Shown here piece after piece: positions 44,609 to 64,000 of a DNA stretch of 64,000 nt (positions are counted from its first letter, which is position 1; each line of letters starts with the position of its first letter). Position numbers and translations under genes: made by a program. Below the pieces are notes generated by a model, which ran no database searches, was not told where the DNA came from, and saw nothing but the letters and a program-made list of their open reading frames with translations. The DNA comes from the human T2T-CHM13v2.0 reference genome, Homo sapiens. The stretch lies in NCBI RefSeq assembly GCF_009914755.1, contig NC_060936.1. One strand, written 5' to 3'.

Positions 44609-47600
44609 AGTTGAGAAAATCAGCGGTCCTACTGGATGAAGAGAAGATGGACACCAGCCCTCAGCATGAGGAAATTCAGGGTCCCCTACCAGATGAGAGA
44701 GATTGTGTACATGTGTGTGTGAGCACATGTGTGCATGTGTGTGCACACGTGTGCATGTGTGTGTTTTAGTGAATCTGCTCTCCCAGCTCACACACTCCCC
44801 TGCCTCCCATGGCTTACACACTAGGATCCAGACTCCATGGTTTGACACCAGCCTGCGTTTGCAGCTTCTCTGTCACTTCCATGACTCTATCCTCATACCA
44901 CCACTGCTGCTTCCCACCCAGCTGAGAATGCCCCCTCCTCCCTGACTCCTCTCTGCCCATGCAAATTAGCTCACATCTTTCCTCCTGCTGCAATCCATCC
45001 CTTCCTCCCATTGGCCTCTCCTTGCCAAATCTAAATACTTTATATAGGGATGGCAGAGAGTTCCCATCTCATCTGTCAGCCACAGTCATTTGGTACTGGC
45101 TACCTGGAGCCTTATCTTCTGAAGGGTTTTAAAGAATGGCCAATTAGCTGAGAAGAATTATCTAATCAATTAGTGATGTCTGCCATGGATGCAGTAGAGG
45201 AAAGTGGTGGTACAAGTGCCATGATTGATTAGCAATGTCTGCACTGGATACGGAAAAAAGAAGGTGCTTGCAGGTTTACAGTGTATATGTGGGCTATTGA
45301 AGAGCCCTCTGAGCTCGGTTGCTAGCAGGAGAGCATGCCCATATTGGCTTACTTTGTCTGCCACAGACACAGACAGAGGGAGTTGGGACATGCATGCTAT
45401 GGGGACCCTCTTGTTGGACACCTAATTGGATGCCTCTTCATGAGAGGCCTCCTTTTCTTCACCTTTTATGCTGCACTCCTCCCCTAGTTTACACATCTTG
45501 ATGCTGTGGCTCAGTTTGCCTTCCTGAATTTTTATTGGGTCCCTGTTTTCTCTCCTAACATGCTGAGATTCTGCATCCCCACAGCCTAAACTGAGCCAGT
45601 GGCCAAACAACCGTGCTCAGCCTGTTTCTCTCTGCCCTCTAGAGCAAGGCCCACCAGGTCCATCCAGGAGGCTCTCCTGACCTCAAGTCCAACAACAGTG
45701 TCCACACTAGTCAAGGTTCAGCCCAGAAAACAGAAAGCACTCTAGGAATCTTAGGCAGAAAGGGATTTTATCTAAATCACTGGAAAGGCTGGAGGAGCAG
45801 AAGGCAGAGGCCACCACTGGACTATTGGTTTCAATATTAGACCACTGTAGCCGAATCAGAGGCCAGAGAGCAGCCACTGCTACTGCTAATGCCACCACTA
45901 CCCCTGCCATCACTGCCCCACATGGACAAAACTGGAGTCGAGACCTAGGTTAGATTCCTGCAACCACAAACATCCATCAGGGATGGCCAGCTGCCAGAGC
46001 TGCGGGAAGACGGATCCCACCTCCCTTTCTTAGCAGAATCTAAATTACAGCCAGACCTCTGGCTGCAGAGGAGTCTGAGACATGTATGACTGAATGGGTG
46101 CCAAGTGCCAGGGGGCGGAGTCCCCAGCAGATGCATCCTGGCCATCTGTTGCGTGGATGAGGGAGTGGGTCTATCTCAGAGGAAGGAACAGGAAACAAAG
46201 AAAGGAAGCCACTGAACATCCCTTCTCTGCTCCACAGGAGTGTCTTAGACAGCCTGACTCTCCACAAACCACTGTTAAAACTTACCTGCTAGGAATGCTA
46301 GATTGAATGGGATGGGAAGAGCCTTCCCTCATTATTGTCATTCTTGGAGAGAGGTGAGCAACCAAGGGAAGCTCCTCTGATTCACCTAGAACCTGTTCTC
46401 TGCCGTCTTTGGCTCAGCCTACAGAGACTAGAGTAGGTGAAGGGACAGAGGACAGGGCTTCTAATACCTGTGCCATATTGACAGCCTCCATCCCTGTCCC
46501 CCATCTTGGTGCTGAACCAACGCTAAGGGCACCTTCTTAGACTCACCTCATCGATACTGCCTGGTAATCCAAAGCTAGAACTCTCAGGACCCCAAACTCC
46601 ACCTCTTGGATTGGCCCTGGCTGCTGCCACACACATATCCAAGAGCTCAGGGCCAGTTCTGGTGGGCAGCAGAGACCTGCTCTGCCAAGTTGTCCAGCAG
46701 CAGAGTGGCCCTGGCCTGGGCATCACAAGCCAGTGATGCTCCTGGGAAGACCAGGTGGCAGGTCGCAGTTGGGTACCTTCCATTCCCACCACACAGACTC
46801 TGGGCCTCCCCGCAAAATGGCTCCAGAATTAGAGTAATTATGAGATGGTGGGAACCAGAGCAACTCAGGTGCATGATACAAGGAGAGGTTGTCATCTGGG
46901 TAGGGCAGAGAGGAGGGCTTGCTCATCTGAACAGGGGTGTATTTCATTCCAGGCCCTCAGTCTTTGGCAATGGCCACCCTGGTGTTGGCATATTGGCCCC
47001 ACTGTAACTTTTGGGGGCTTCCCGGTCTAGCCACACCCTCGGATGGAAAGACTTGACTGCATAAAGATGTCAGTTCTCCCTGAGTTGATTGATAGGCTTA
47101 ATGGTCACCCTAAAAACACCCACATATGCTTTTCGATGGAACCAGATAAGTTGACGCTAAAGTTCTTATGGAAAAATACACACGCAATAGCTAGGAAAAC
47201 ACAGGGAAAGAAGAGTTCTGAGCAGGGCCTAGTCTTAGCCAATATTAAAACATACTATGAAGCCTCTGATACTTAAACAGCATGGCGCTGGTACGTAAAT
47301 AGACCAATGCAGTTAGGTGGCTCTTTCCAAGACTCTGGGGAAAAAAGTAGTAAAAAGCTAAATGCAATCAATCAGCAATTGAAAGCTAAGTGAGAGAGCC
47401 AGAGGGCCTCCTTGGTGGTAAAAGAGGGTTGCATTTCTTGCAGCCAGAAGGCAGAGAAAGTGAAGACCAAGTCCAGAACTGAATCCTAAGAAATGCAGGA
47501 CTGCAAAGAAATTGGTGTGTGTGTGTGTGTGTGTGTGTTTAATTTTTAAAAAGTTTTTATTGAGATACAAGTCAATACCATAAAGCTCTCACCCTTCTAA

Positions 47601-47880
47601 AGTGTACAATTCAGTGGTGTGAGTATATTCATAAGATTTATACTTGGTGTCTATTCATAAGACTTATATCCAGCATATTCATAACTAGAGCCATATCACA
47701 GATGCATTCATCATAATAATTCCAGACATTTTCATCACCCTAAAAGGAAACCCTGAAACCCATTAGCAGTCATTCCCCATTCCTCCAACCCATTCTCTCC
47801 CTAATCCCTAGAAACCACCAATCTGCTGTGTATTTCATCTATTGCCAACATTTCATATAAATGGCATCATACAATATGTG
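44609..47880 (+). other. OAS3: OAS3 3' UTR (about 3.3 kb; 3' end approximate)
   Basis: Follows the stop; no AATAAA seen; variant signals ATTAAA 47244 and TATAAA 47856; length fits my recollection of a ~6.6-kb mRNA. Confidence 0.55.
44704..44764. repeat. Alternating purine-pyrimidine (TG/CA) tract
   Basis: TGTGTACATGTGTG...TGCACACGTGTGCATGTGTGTG. Confidence 0.9.
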
Positions 47881-48150
47881 GCCTTTTGTGTCTGGCTTCT
47901 TTAACTTAACATGTTTTCAAGATTCATTCATGTTATAGTATATGTTGAGGTTTCATTCCTTTTTATTTCCGAAAGACATTTCCACTGCATAAATTGACTA
48001 CATTTTGTTTATCCATTCTTCCATTGATAGGTATTTGGATATTCTCCACTTTTTTGCTATTTTGCTGCATTTTTTGCTATTATGACTAATAGCTGCTATG
48101 GACACTCTTGTATGAGATTTTGTGCAGACATATGTTTTCATTTTTCTTAC
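47040..48150. mobile_element. Old L1M fragments (sense ORF2 piece about 47040-47330; antisense 3' end about 47540-48150) with (GT)n at 47515-47538
   Basis: ORF 47043-47276 resembles L1 ORF2 (KMSVLP..KLTLKFLWK..IKTYY); L1M-type 3' UTR motifs. Confidence 0.7.
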
Positions 48151-48207
48151 GTATAAAAGGCGATCCACAATTGATGACCCCATCATAAGTCAAGGAGCAT
48201 CTGTGTG

Positions 48208-48718
48208 CTGTATTAATCAGAGTTCTCCAGAAAAACCAAACCATTAGAATAGAGGAAGAGATATATAAAGAGATTTATTATGAGGGTTTGACTTGTGTGA
48301 TTATGGAGTCTGAGAAGTTTTGTGATCCACCGTCTGCAAGCTGGAGACTCAGGAAATCCAGTGGTTGTAGTTTCAGACCAATTCAGAAGGCTGAGAACCA
48401 GGAGATTGCTGGAATAAGTCCCAATCCAAGTATGAAAGCCCAAGAACCAGGAGCATCAATATTCGAGTGCAGACGACAGATGCCTCAGCTCATGCAGGGA
48501 GAGAAAATTTGCTGTTCCTCTTTTTGTTCTATTCAGGCCTCCAGTGGATTGGAAGATGCACACTCACCCTGGTGAGGGCTGTCTTCTCTACTCAGTCTAC
48601 AGATTGAAATACTAATCTCTTCCAGAAACATGCTCACAGGCACATCCAGAAATAACATTTTACCAGCCATCTGGGCGTCCCTTAACCCCGCCCAGCAGAC
48701 ACATAAAATTAACCCTCA
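48208..48718. mobile_element. MLT2 (ERVL) LTR
   Basis: TGTATTAATCAGAGTTCTCCAGA...GACACATAAAATTAACC. Confidence 0.8.
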
Positions 48719-48908
48719 TGTATACCTAGGAGTGGAATTGCTGGATCACGTGATAACTCTATGTTTAGCCATTTGAGAACTGCCAGACTGTTTTCCACAG
48801 TGGCTGCACCATTTATACACACCCACCCCTGGCAGTGAATGAAAGTTCCAGTTTCTCTGTATCCTTGCCAACACTCATTGTCCATCATGTTGATTATAGC
48901 CATCCTAG

Positions 48909-49345
<437 letters not shown>

Positions 49346-50515
49346 CCACTGAGAATCTTGAATCCTCAGATTCCTCTGACTCCTAGAGCTGTAAAAGTGA
49401 CCTATCCATCCCTCCCTGTTAAGAGCTAACCCTCCTCCCTTGCTTGGAAACCCTATAGAGGCATCCACAAGACGTTTGTCCCTGTGCCCACCTCCTCTCC
49501 TGCCCACAAGGGTTGTAACTAGGCTTAAATTCCAGCATAAACAAGCCAGGGATGTGACGGGCCTCATAGGGGAGGAAAGGGCCTATATCCCAAAGTAGCT
49601 GGAGGGCCAAGCCAGCATGACCAGCAGAAGTCGGGTGAGTTTGTGCAGGAGTCAACCTTGAGGGTGCTCGATCAGGGGGCTGCAGTGTGAGGTCAGATAG
49701 GAAAGGGTTTATTGATTCGGAAGTCCTTTGGGAGTTCAGGGCTGCACACCCAGGCAAGGACTCCAGGAGAAGGTGTAAACTTGCTGCCAGGAGGGCTCCT
49801 AGAAGACGGGAAAAAGTAGGAGGCCATGCTAAGTGAGATCCAAATGCCAGAATTGCCAGGGGAGACGGTGGCAGATGCGATGAAAGGTCAGGGAAGTGGC
49901 AATGCTTGGGAAGGCTGCATAAGGCCCAGGGAGCCAGAGGCGACGATCTTCCATGGAAAGGCCAAGATTCCCCTTTACCAAGTCCACGAGGAATGGACCA
50001 GGAAGAGAACACCAGCCAGCATCACAGAGAAGCTCAGAAAGCCTCCTCTGCAGGAGATGCCATCACAGGATGGTGGGTGAGGCCCCTTGGGAGCTAGGCT
50101 CACTGATAGCAAAAGGGATGGTGGAACCCTGGAGTAAGAGAGGCCAGGAGATGGCACCCATTAGGGGACACAGTGCTCACCATGAGTGGTAGGGCCCAGG
50201 ATTGGCCAGGAGGGGCTGGCCTGCAGAACATGGAGATGACCCTTAAATCTTGGTGTTCATAGGGACAGACTAGATGGGCCACAAGCAGGCAGCTACTCAA
50301 CTTACGCCATCAAAATACCTCAAGAATGAACGCCGAGGAAACTTCCCCCAGTAAAAACATCACCATTGCTTTCCTAGTGGGCTTCCCAGGAAACACGTCT
50401 GTCACATACGTCAGCTAAATGTCATGTGTGAGCCTAGATGTTGGCGGGGGTGCGGATGCTATAAAGAAGAGTATTGGAATCGTTGGTAAATTTTTCAATA
50501 TAAGAATGTATTTAT

Positions 50516-50910
<395 letters not shown>

Positions 50911-50930
50911 GAGATGATAGCATTGTATCA

Positions 50931-51394
<464 letters not shown>

Positions 51395-51762
51395 CCTCCT
51401 AAAATGTATAAATAGCAAGAAAATGAGGGGCAAATGTGGTAAAAAATATAATGGCTAAAAAGTCTAAGGAAGTTCTTTGTGTGCATCTTGTAAATTTTCT
51501 CAGCATTTCAAATTACTTCAAAATAAAGTGTTTTTTTAAATAACAAATAAAGCACAGGCTTTGGAGTCAGGCAGTGTGTTAGTGTGAGAACCTAGCCTGA
51601 CAACTTCCTAGCTGTGTGATCACGGGCAAATGTTTCCACCTTTGTGAGCCTCCATGTTCTCATCTGAAAAAGGAACCTTAGGACTACGCCTGCCCAGCCT
51701 GCCTACCTCTCGGTGTTGCAGTAAAAGTTGGATAAGGGCAGGAAAGGCCCTTAATGAGCATG

Positions 51763-52177
51763 TGCATTAATCGAGGTTTTTCCAGAACTAACAGGGTATT
51801 TATATTTATTTTGAGGTATTTATTTTAAGGAATTGGCTCATGTGATTGTGGAGGCTGGCAAATCCAAAATCGGCAGGGTAGACTGGCAGGTGGGAGACCC
51901 AGGAAGGAGTTGCTGCTGCAAGTGGAGGCCAAGGCACTGCAGCCGAATTCCCTCTTCCTTGGGGGAGCTCAGTCTTTAGTCTATTAAGGCCTTCAACTGA
52001 TTGAATCAGGCCCACCACCTTACAGATGATAATCCACTTTACTCAAAAAAAAAGTCTACCAATGTAAATGTTAATCTTATCTTTAAAAAATACCTTCACA
52101 AAAAGATCTAGGATAATTTTTGACCAAATATCTGGGTACCTGGGCTCAGCCAACTTGACACATAAAATTAACCATCC
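51763..52177. mobile_element. MLT2 (ERVL) LTR
   Basis: TTTTAAGGAATTGGCTCATGTGATTGTGGAGGCTGGCAA...TTGACACATAAAATTAACCATC. Confidence 0.8.
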
Positions 52178-52880
52178 CAGTATGGAAGGGCCCTGGTCCC
52201 CCACTACATCTTGGAGATTTTTGCCTTCTCTGTGAATTATTATTGCTGGGCCAAGGCAGCTGGCTGGGAGTCCTCTGCGAGTTTTGTTTTCAAAGCTCTG
52301 GGCACAGGAGTTGCATGTCTGTCTCCTTTCTGGCTCACACACTTGGGGTGTGTTTTCTTGCCCTTGCGAGGCTGGACAAGTGCCTCATACGGTCCCTCGG
52401 CTGTCCACAAGTGTGCTGAGAAACTGGACACACAGAGGTTCCCACCCGCTGACCACACGGGGGCCTGTGTTTACCCAGAAAAAGACCAAAACCTGAGTCC
52501 AGCTAGGTCCCTGCTTTGCTGTGTGTCCCTGAGCAAGTCAGTTCCCTCTCTGGGTCTCTTTTTCCTCTCTGCTGCTTTCCCTGAATGTGAGTTCCCTGGC
52601 CACTGAGAACAGGGGGAAAGGGACAGAGCCTCAAAAGATGACCTGTGCGCCCCTGCTTCTAAGCACTTTGCAGGTATTATTTAATCATCAAGCTAATCCT
52701 ACGAGAGAGCTGCCATTTTCCCCCAGCTTACAGATGGGGGAATTGAGGCGCGAAGAGGGCAGGCGATGTGCTCAAGGACAGACATCTAGCAGGTATGAAG
52801 CCCTCACAATGGGGTTCTAGAGGCTGTTTAGTTAACCTCAAGTTTTGGGGAGCCCCTGAAGGGCTGGTCACCACGCTGCC

Positions 52881-53160
52881 GGGGACAGGGAAAGCCTCTG
52901 AGCTTGAGTCAGTTTTGGTTTCCCTGCTGGGGTGCAGGAGTCAGTAAACCTTGCTGCAAGGGGCGGGGAAGAGCATTTGAGCTTAAGTTAGTTTTGGTTT
53001 CCCTGCCCCGGATGCAGGAGTTGGTAAACTCACTGCAAGGGGCAGGGCAGAGCCTCTGAGCTTAAGTTAGTTTTGTTTCCCTGTCCCGGATACAAGAGTT
53101 GGTAAGCTCGCTGCAGTGGGTGGAGAGAGGCCTCTAGACTTCAGTTTCAGTTTCCTGGCT
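52881..53160 (+). promoter_or_regulatory. OAS2: OAS2 promoter: 79-bp tandem repeat (3 full units plus 1 diverged) each carrying an ISRE/IRF site
   Basis: AGTTTTGGTTTCC at 52911 and 52990, AGTTTTGTTTCC at 53069, consensus ISRE AGTTTCAGTTTCC at 53143-53155. Confidence 0.92.
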
Positions 53161-53232
53161 CTGGGCAGCAGCAAGAATTCCTCTGCCTCCCATCCTACCA
53201 TTCACTGTCTTGCCGGCAGCCAGCTGAGAGCA

Positions 53233-53409
53233 ATGGGAAATGGGGAGTCCCAGCTGTCCTCGGTGCCTGCTCAGAAGCTGGGTTGGTTTATCCAGGAATA
53301 CCTGAAGCCCTACGAAGAATGTCAGACACTGATCGACGAGATGGTGAACACCATCTGTGACGTCCTGCAGGAACCCGAACAGTTCCCCCTGGTGCAGGGA
53401 GTGGCCATA
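53233..53409 (+). CDS. OAS2: OAS2 exon 1 (coding part), N-myristoylation motif MGNGES
   Basis: GCAATGG; MGNGESQLSSVPAQKLGWFIQEYLKP...QGVAI|GTGAGT; 177 nt. Confidence 0.98.
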
Positions 53410-54744
53410 GTGAGTCCAGGGCTGAGGTTGGGTCTCTGGGAGGCAGGAGATTCCACGGCGGCAGCAAGGCCGAGCTACTGGGTGCTGGGTGCCTATTATG
53501 TGCGAGGCCCACACTTGGGTGGGATGTGGTGTAGGAGTCTCAGGCTCTGGAGCAGGCGCTTGCTCCAGAGCTGTGTGACACTGGGCAGGCTACTTAACCT
53601 CTCTGTGCCTCAGTCTCTGACTCTGTAAAATGGGGAGAGGCATAATACCCACTTCAGAGTATCGTAAGGCTTGAGCACATCATGTTCTTAGCAAAAGACT
53701 GGCAGTGCTCAGTGAATTCACTGTGATTACTCACTGCGATTTTCTTCTATCCTCTCCACAGTACAGAGGAGTAAACTTAGGGAGGCTAGAGAACTTTGTT
53801 CAAACTACCCAGGTTGCCTTGTGGTTTCTCCGCAGCAAGAAGGAGTGGCTTTTATCAGTTAGAAATATTTGGTTTTGTGGACACAAATCTCAGGACTGAG
53901 GCTGAAAATTCTGGACCTCTGGGGAGGAAGGGGGACTGGGGAGATGCCAGGACCCTAGAATTGGGGGCGTGGGGGTCCTGATGGCCCAATACTATCCTCT
54001 TAGCCTCCTGAGCTGCTGACGTCCCTTCTCTGCTGCTGCCACACTTTTTGGTCTCTACCCCTTGCACACATCCGCTAGTGCCTCAATAAAGAAATCTAGA
54101 CACGTGGTGTCCCCAGCCCTGGCCCAGGCCAGCAAGCTAAGGCAAGTTTGGTTAATAGCTATTGTCAGAACTGGGATTTTAAGCCTGGGTAATTGGCTTG
54201 AGGGCATGCATGTTTAACCACTACACTATCCTGCCTCTCAATTTTTTTTTCCTCATGGAAGTAAAACAGAAAAAGTGCCCAGATCAAAGTGTCCAGCTTG
54301 ATAGGTAGCCACAAACAATGTAACTGTGTAACCCCCACCCAGATCCAGAAACAAAACATTCTCAGCCCCCCAGAGCCCTGGGCCCCCGATCCAGTCAGCA
54401 CCTCCAAACCCAGGTAGGCAATCTCCTGACTTCTAACAGCATAGACACGTTTTGCCTGTTTTTAAACGTTTTACAATTATAGGGTGACCAACTATCCCAG
54501 TTCATCCAAGATTGGGGTGTTTCCTGGGATGTGGGACTCTTGGTGTGAAAGCTGGGAATGTAAACCAGGATGCATGGGTGAACCCTACATAAATGGCATC
54601 ATGGGCTCTGTGTGCTTTAGTGCGTGGTTTCTCTGACCTATGATGTTTATGAAATTTATGTTGTGGGGTACAGTTGTTTATCTTTTCATTGTTGTGTCAA
54701 TTCCATTATGTGAATATTCCACATTTGTCCATTCTACTGTGTTT

Positions 54745-61450
<6,706 letters not shown>

Positions 61451-61660
61451 CGGCCATTTGAGTCACCTCCAGGTTGGGGCTAGTATGAAAAGTGTTACTA
61501 TGAGCATCCCAATCAGGTCTTTGTGGGGCAAATGGATGCCTGCCACTCAATGTTAAGACCATTTTTGGCTTTTACTTGAGTTGAGAAATACCACTGCCTG
61601 CTAGAGATCCCTGTAACCCCAGAATCTAGTGTCTCATATCTGCTTCTTTGTCACTGGCAG

Positions 61661-61931
61661 GGTGGCTCCTATGGACGGAAAACAGTCTTAAGAGGCAACT
61701 CCGATGGTACCCTTGTCCTCTTCTTCAGTGACTTAAAACAATTCCAGGATCAGAAGAGAAGCCAACGTGACATCCTCGATAAAACTGGGGATAAGCTGAA
61801 GTTCTGTCTGTTCACGAAGTGGTTGAAAAACAATTTCGAGATCCAGAAGTCCCTTGATGGGTTCACCATCCAGGTGTTCACAAAAAATCAGAGAATCTCT
61901 TTCGAGGTGCTGGCCGCCTTCAACGCTCTGA
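61661..61931 (+). CDS. OAS2: OAS2 exon 2 (inactive domain I)
   Basis: GGCAG|GGT; GGSYGRKTVLRGNSDGTLVLFF...FEVLAAFNAL; A|GTAAGC; absent from the ORF track. Confidence 0.97.
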
Positions 61932-62002
61932 GTAAGCATTGCTGGGTGTCAGGAGAGAAAAGCCAAAGAAGGGGGTGCCAGACAGCTCTGTGCAACCTCT
62001 AG
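61932..62002 (+). CDS. OAS2: Exon-2 read-through tail of the short 172-aa OAS2 isoform (SKHCWVSGEKSQRRGCQTALCNL*)
   Basis: In frame to TAG 62000-62002; AATAAA at 62593; length matches my recollection of OAS2 isoform 3. Confidence 0.7.
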
Positions 62003-62574
62003 GCCATGAGTGGGATAGATACCACTGCTGCTTTAAAAAATGGGAGACCATAGACCCTCAGGAGAGAAGAATCCCTTCTACCCTGGACTCGCTCTCTTCT
62101 CTGGAACTAACTTCTCCCCCATACCCTGATTGTCTTTGGAGAAAATGTTCTGGATTCTAGAATCTAAGGCAGAGCCTTTTAAGCCATACTGTACACATAA
62201 ATCACCTGGAACCTTGTTAAAATGCAGATCCTGACTCAGGAGGTCTGAGTTAGAGCCCAGGATTTCATATTTCTAGCCAGCTCCATGATGAGCTGCTGGT
62301 CCGCAGATCACGCTTGCAGGTTTTGACCAGAGTCAGTGTTGGTTAGAGTAAGAGGATGAGGCAGACATCTGGGAAAAGTCCAGCTGGGGCAAGCATTTGA
62401 AGTCTGCCTTCCTACCAGGTCAAAATCAAGGCAACGACCTTCCATAGATAACTATCAAAGCTTGAGGGGGTGCCTTGAACCCAACTCCTAAATCCCCAAG
62501 ACCTGCCCACCTCTTGTGTCTCCTGTCTCAGCAAACATTCCCACACTCTTGCATATTGTTAAAGTAACCTCTGC

Positions 62575-63513
62575 TTACCAGGCTTCTGGTTTAATAAAAG
62601 ATGGCTAGAGTGACTCCATCTTAAAGCAAGTAGCTAGGCACTCAAAAGGAACCTACAGGCTTAATACTTGGGTCTGAAAATAGCCACAGTCTAAGCTGAC
62701 CACCAATTATAATTGCAGAATATTTAAGGCCATACAAAACATCTCCCACTAAGCCTACAAAATGTCCAGGTGTCCTAAAAGTTCAGCCCACTTAAAGGCA
62801 GCATTAATGAGCAGGTTTAGGTTGAAGGATTAATGGTCATCAATACCACTGTTAAGAAGAAAATTCTTGGCCAAATTGAATTTAATGGAGTTTAACTGAG
62901 CAGACAATTCACAAATCTAGAAGCCTCCTGAGCCAGAGTAGGTTCAGAGAGTCTTGAACACAGCCACGTGGTGGAAGAAGATTTATGGACAGGAAAAAGA
63001 AAATGATGTACTGAAAATGAAAGTGAGGTACAGAAACAGCCAGACTGGTTATAGCTCAGCATTGGCCTTATTTGAACGAGATTTGAACAGTTGGCCACCT
63101 TTGATTGGCCGAAACTCAGTGATTGGCACAAGAGTAGGTTGCAGTCTGTTTACACATCCTTTTAGGTTATAGTTCACCATGTACAGAGAAATTTTAGGCC
63201 AAACTTAAAATATGTAAGGAGGCAGCTTTAGGCTAAACTTGATTTAACAGCACCAATACCCCCTACCTTTAGTGAGCACATCTGCACATTCCAATTTTAA
63301 TGACAGCTCCTTAGAATTTCTTATCAACGAAGACACTAACAAAGAATGGCGCATTCCTCCTTCTCCTTTCTGAGGATGCCCTACCCTGTAACAAAGTCGT
63401 TTCTAATAAATTTGCTTCTTTCACCATACTCTGTACCTGCCTTGAATTCTTTCCTGCATGAGATCCAAGAACCCTCTCTTGGGATCTGAATCAGGACCCT
63501 CTTTTCCAGCAAC
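62575..63513 (+). mobile_element. ERV1 LTR (MER41/LTR8-group-like) split by another LTR
   Basis: AGAGTGACTCCATCTT near the start; AATAAA 63405; end GAGATCCAAGAACCCTCTCTTGGGATCTGAATCAGGACCC; family uncertain. Confidence 0.5.
62850..63249 (-). mobile_element. MER57-like ERV1 solo LTR
   Basis: Minus strand begins TGTTAAATCAAGTTTAGCCTAAAGCTGCCTCCTTACATATTTTAAG; TG...CA ends; 400 bp; flanks CCAC/GCAC. Confidence 0.7.
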
Positions 63514-63522
63514 GCTATCACC

Positions 63523-63664
63523 TGTAAACCAAAAGTATCTGAGACAGGTCTCAATCTATTTAGAAAGTATATTTGCCAAGGTGAAGGATGTACCCATGAC
63601 ACAGCCTCAGGAAGTTCTGATGACATGTACCCAAAGTGCTCAGGGTACAGCTTGGTTGTATACG
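63523..63664. mobile_element. MER4-type LTR end, interrupted by THE1
   Basis: TGTAAACCAAAAGTATCTGAGACAGGTCTCAATC. Confidence 0.7.
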
Positions 63665-64000
63665 TGGTATGGTTTGGCTGTGTCCCCACCAAATCTCATC
63701 TTGAATTGTAGCTCCCACAATTTCCACATGTCATGGGAGGGACCCAGTGGGAGGTAATTGAATCATGGAGGCAGGTATTTCCCATGCTGTTCTCATGATA
63801 ATGAATAAATCTCACGAGATCTGATGGTGTCATAAAGGGGAGTTCCCCTGCACAAGCTCTCTCTGGCCTCCCACCATGTAACATGTCCCTTGCTCTTCCA
63901 CCATGATTGTGAGGCCTCCCCAACCATGTGGAACTGTGAGTCAATCAAACCTCTTTCCTTTATAAACTACTCAGTCTCAGGTATGTCTTTATTAACAGCA
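63665..64000 (+). mobile_element. THE1 MaLR LTR (runs off the window)
   Basis: TGGTTTGGCTGTGTCCCCACCAAATCTCATCTTGAATTGTAGCTCCC...CAGTCTCAGGTATGTCTTTATT. Confidence 0.9.

Noticed and set aside
49350-50400. 197-aa ORF (49419-50012) between OAS3 and OAS2
   Set aside because: No recognisable homology; the region lies between MLT2 LTRs and may be decayed ERVL internal sequence, which I cannot confirm
52881-53116. 79-bp repeat as a CRISPR-like array
   Set aside because: Whole units are homologous with no unique spacers; it is an ordinary tandem duplication
61988-62002. CaaX prenylation motif at the end of the short OAS2 form
   Set aside because: It ends LCNL, with Cys third from the end rather than fourth

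Overview
Primate (almost certainly human) chromosome-12 OAS cluster, all genes on the + strand. The window holds (i) the distal alternative last exon of OAS1 (p44-type tail, from 6565); (ii) the complete 16-exon OAS3 gene (ATG 13180, TGA 44608; my exon chain sums to 3264 nt = 1087 aa + stop; three OAS domains, only domain III keeping the catalytic Asp triad); and (iii) the promoter and exons 1-2 of OAS2, including an exon-2 read-through 172-aa short form. About half the sequence is transposon-derived: more than 20 Alus, a full-length antisense L1PA in OAS3 intron 7, an old L1MA in OAS2 intron 1, MER11/MST/MLT/THE1/MER4-group LTRs and hAT/Tigger relics. This is a well-studied antiviral locus, not an unknown system, and most ORF-track entries are repeat-derived noise. 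The less obvious structure: the OAS3 DI-DII linker ends in the fossil 5' UTR/start codon of the duplicated gene; the OAS2 promoter is a 79-bp tandem array of ISRE modules; the L1 antisense promoter/ORF0 points into OAS3 exon 8 with a phase-matched donor; the exon-8 acceptor region is duplicated in intron 8; and several alternative C-terminus options exist. Gene, SNP and repeat-family names come from recall, not database searches; repeat boundaries are approximate.
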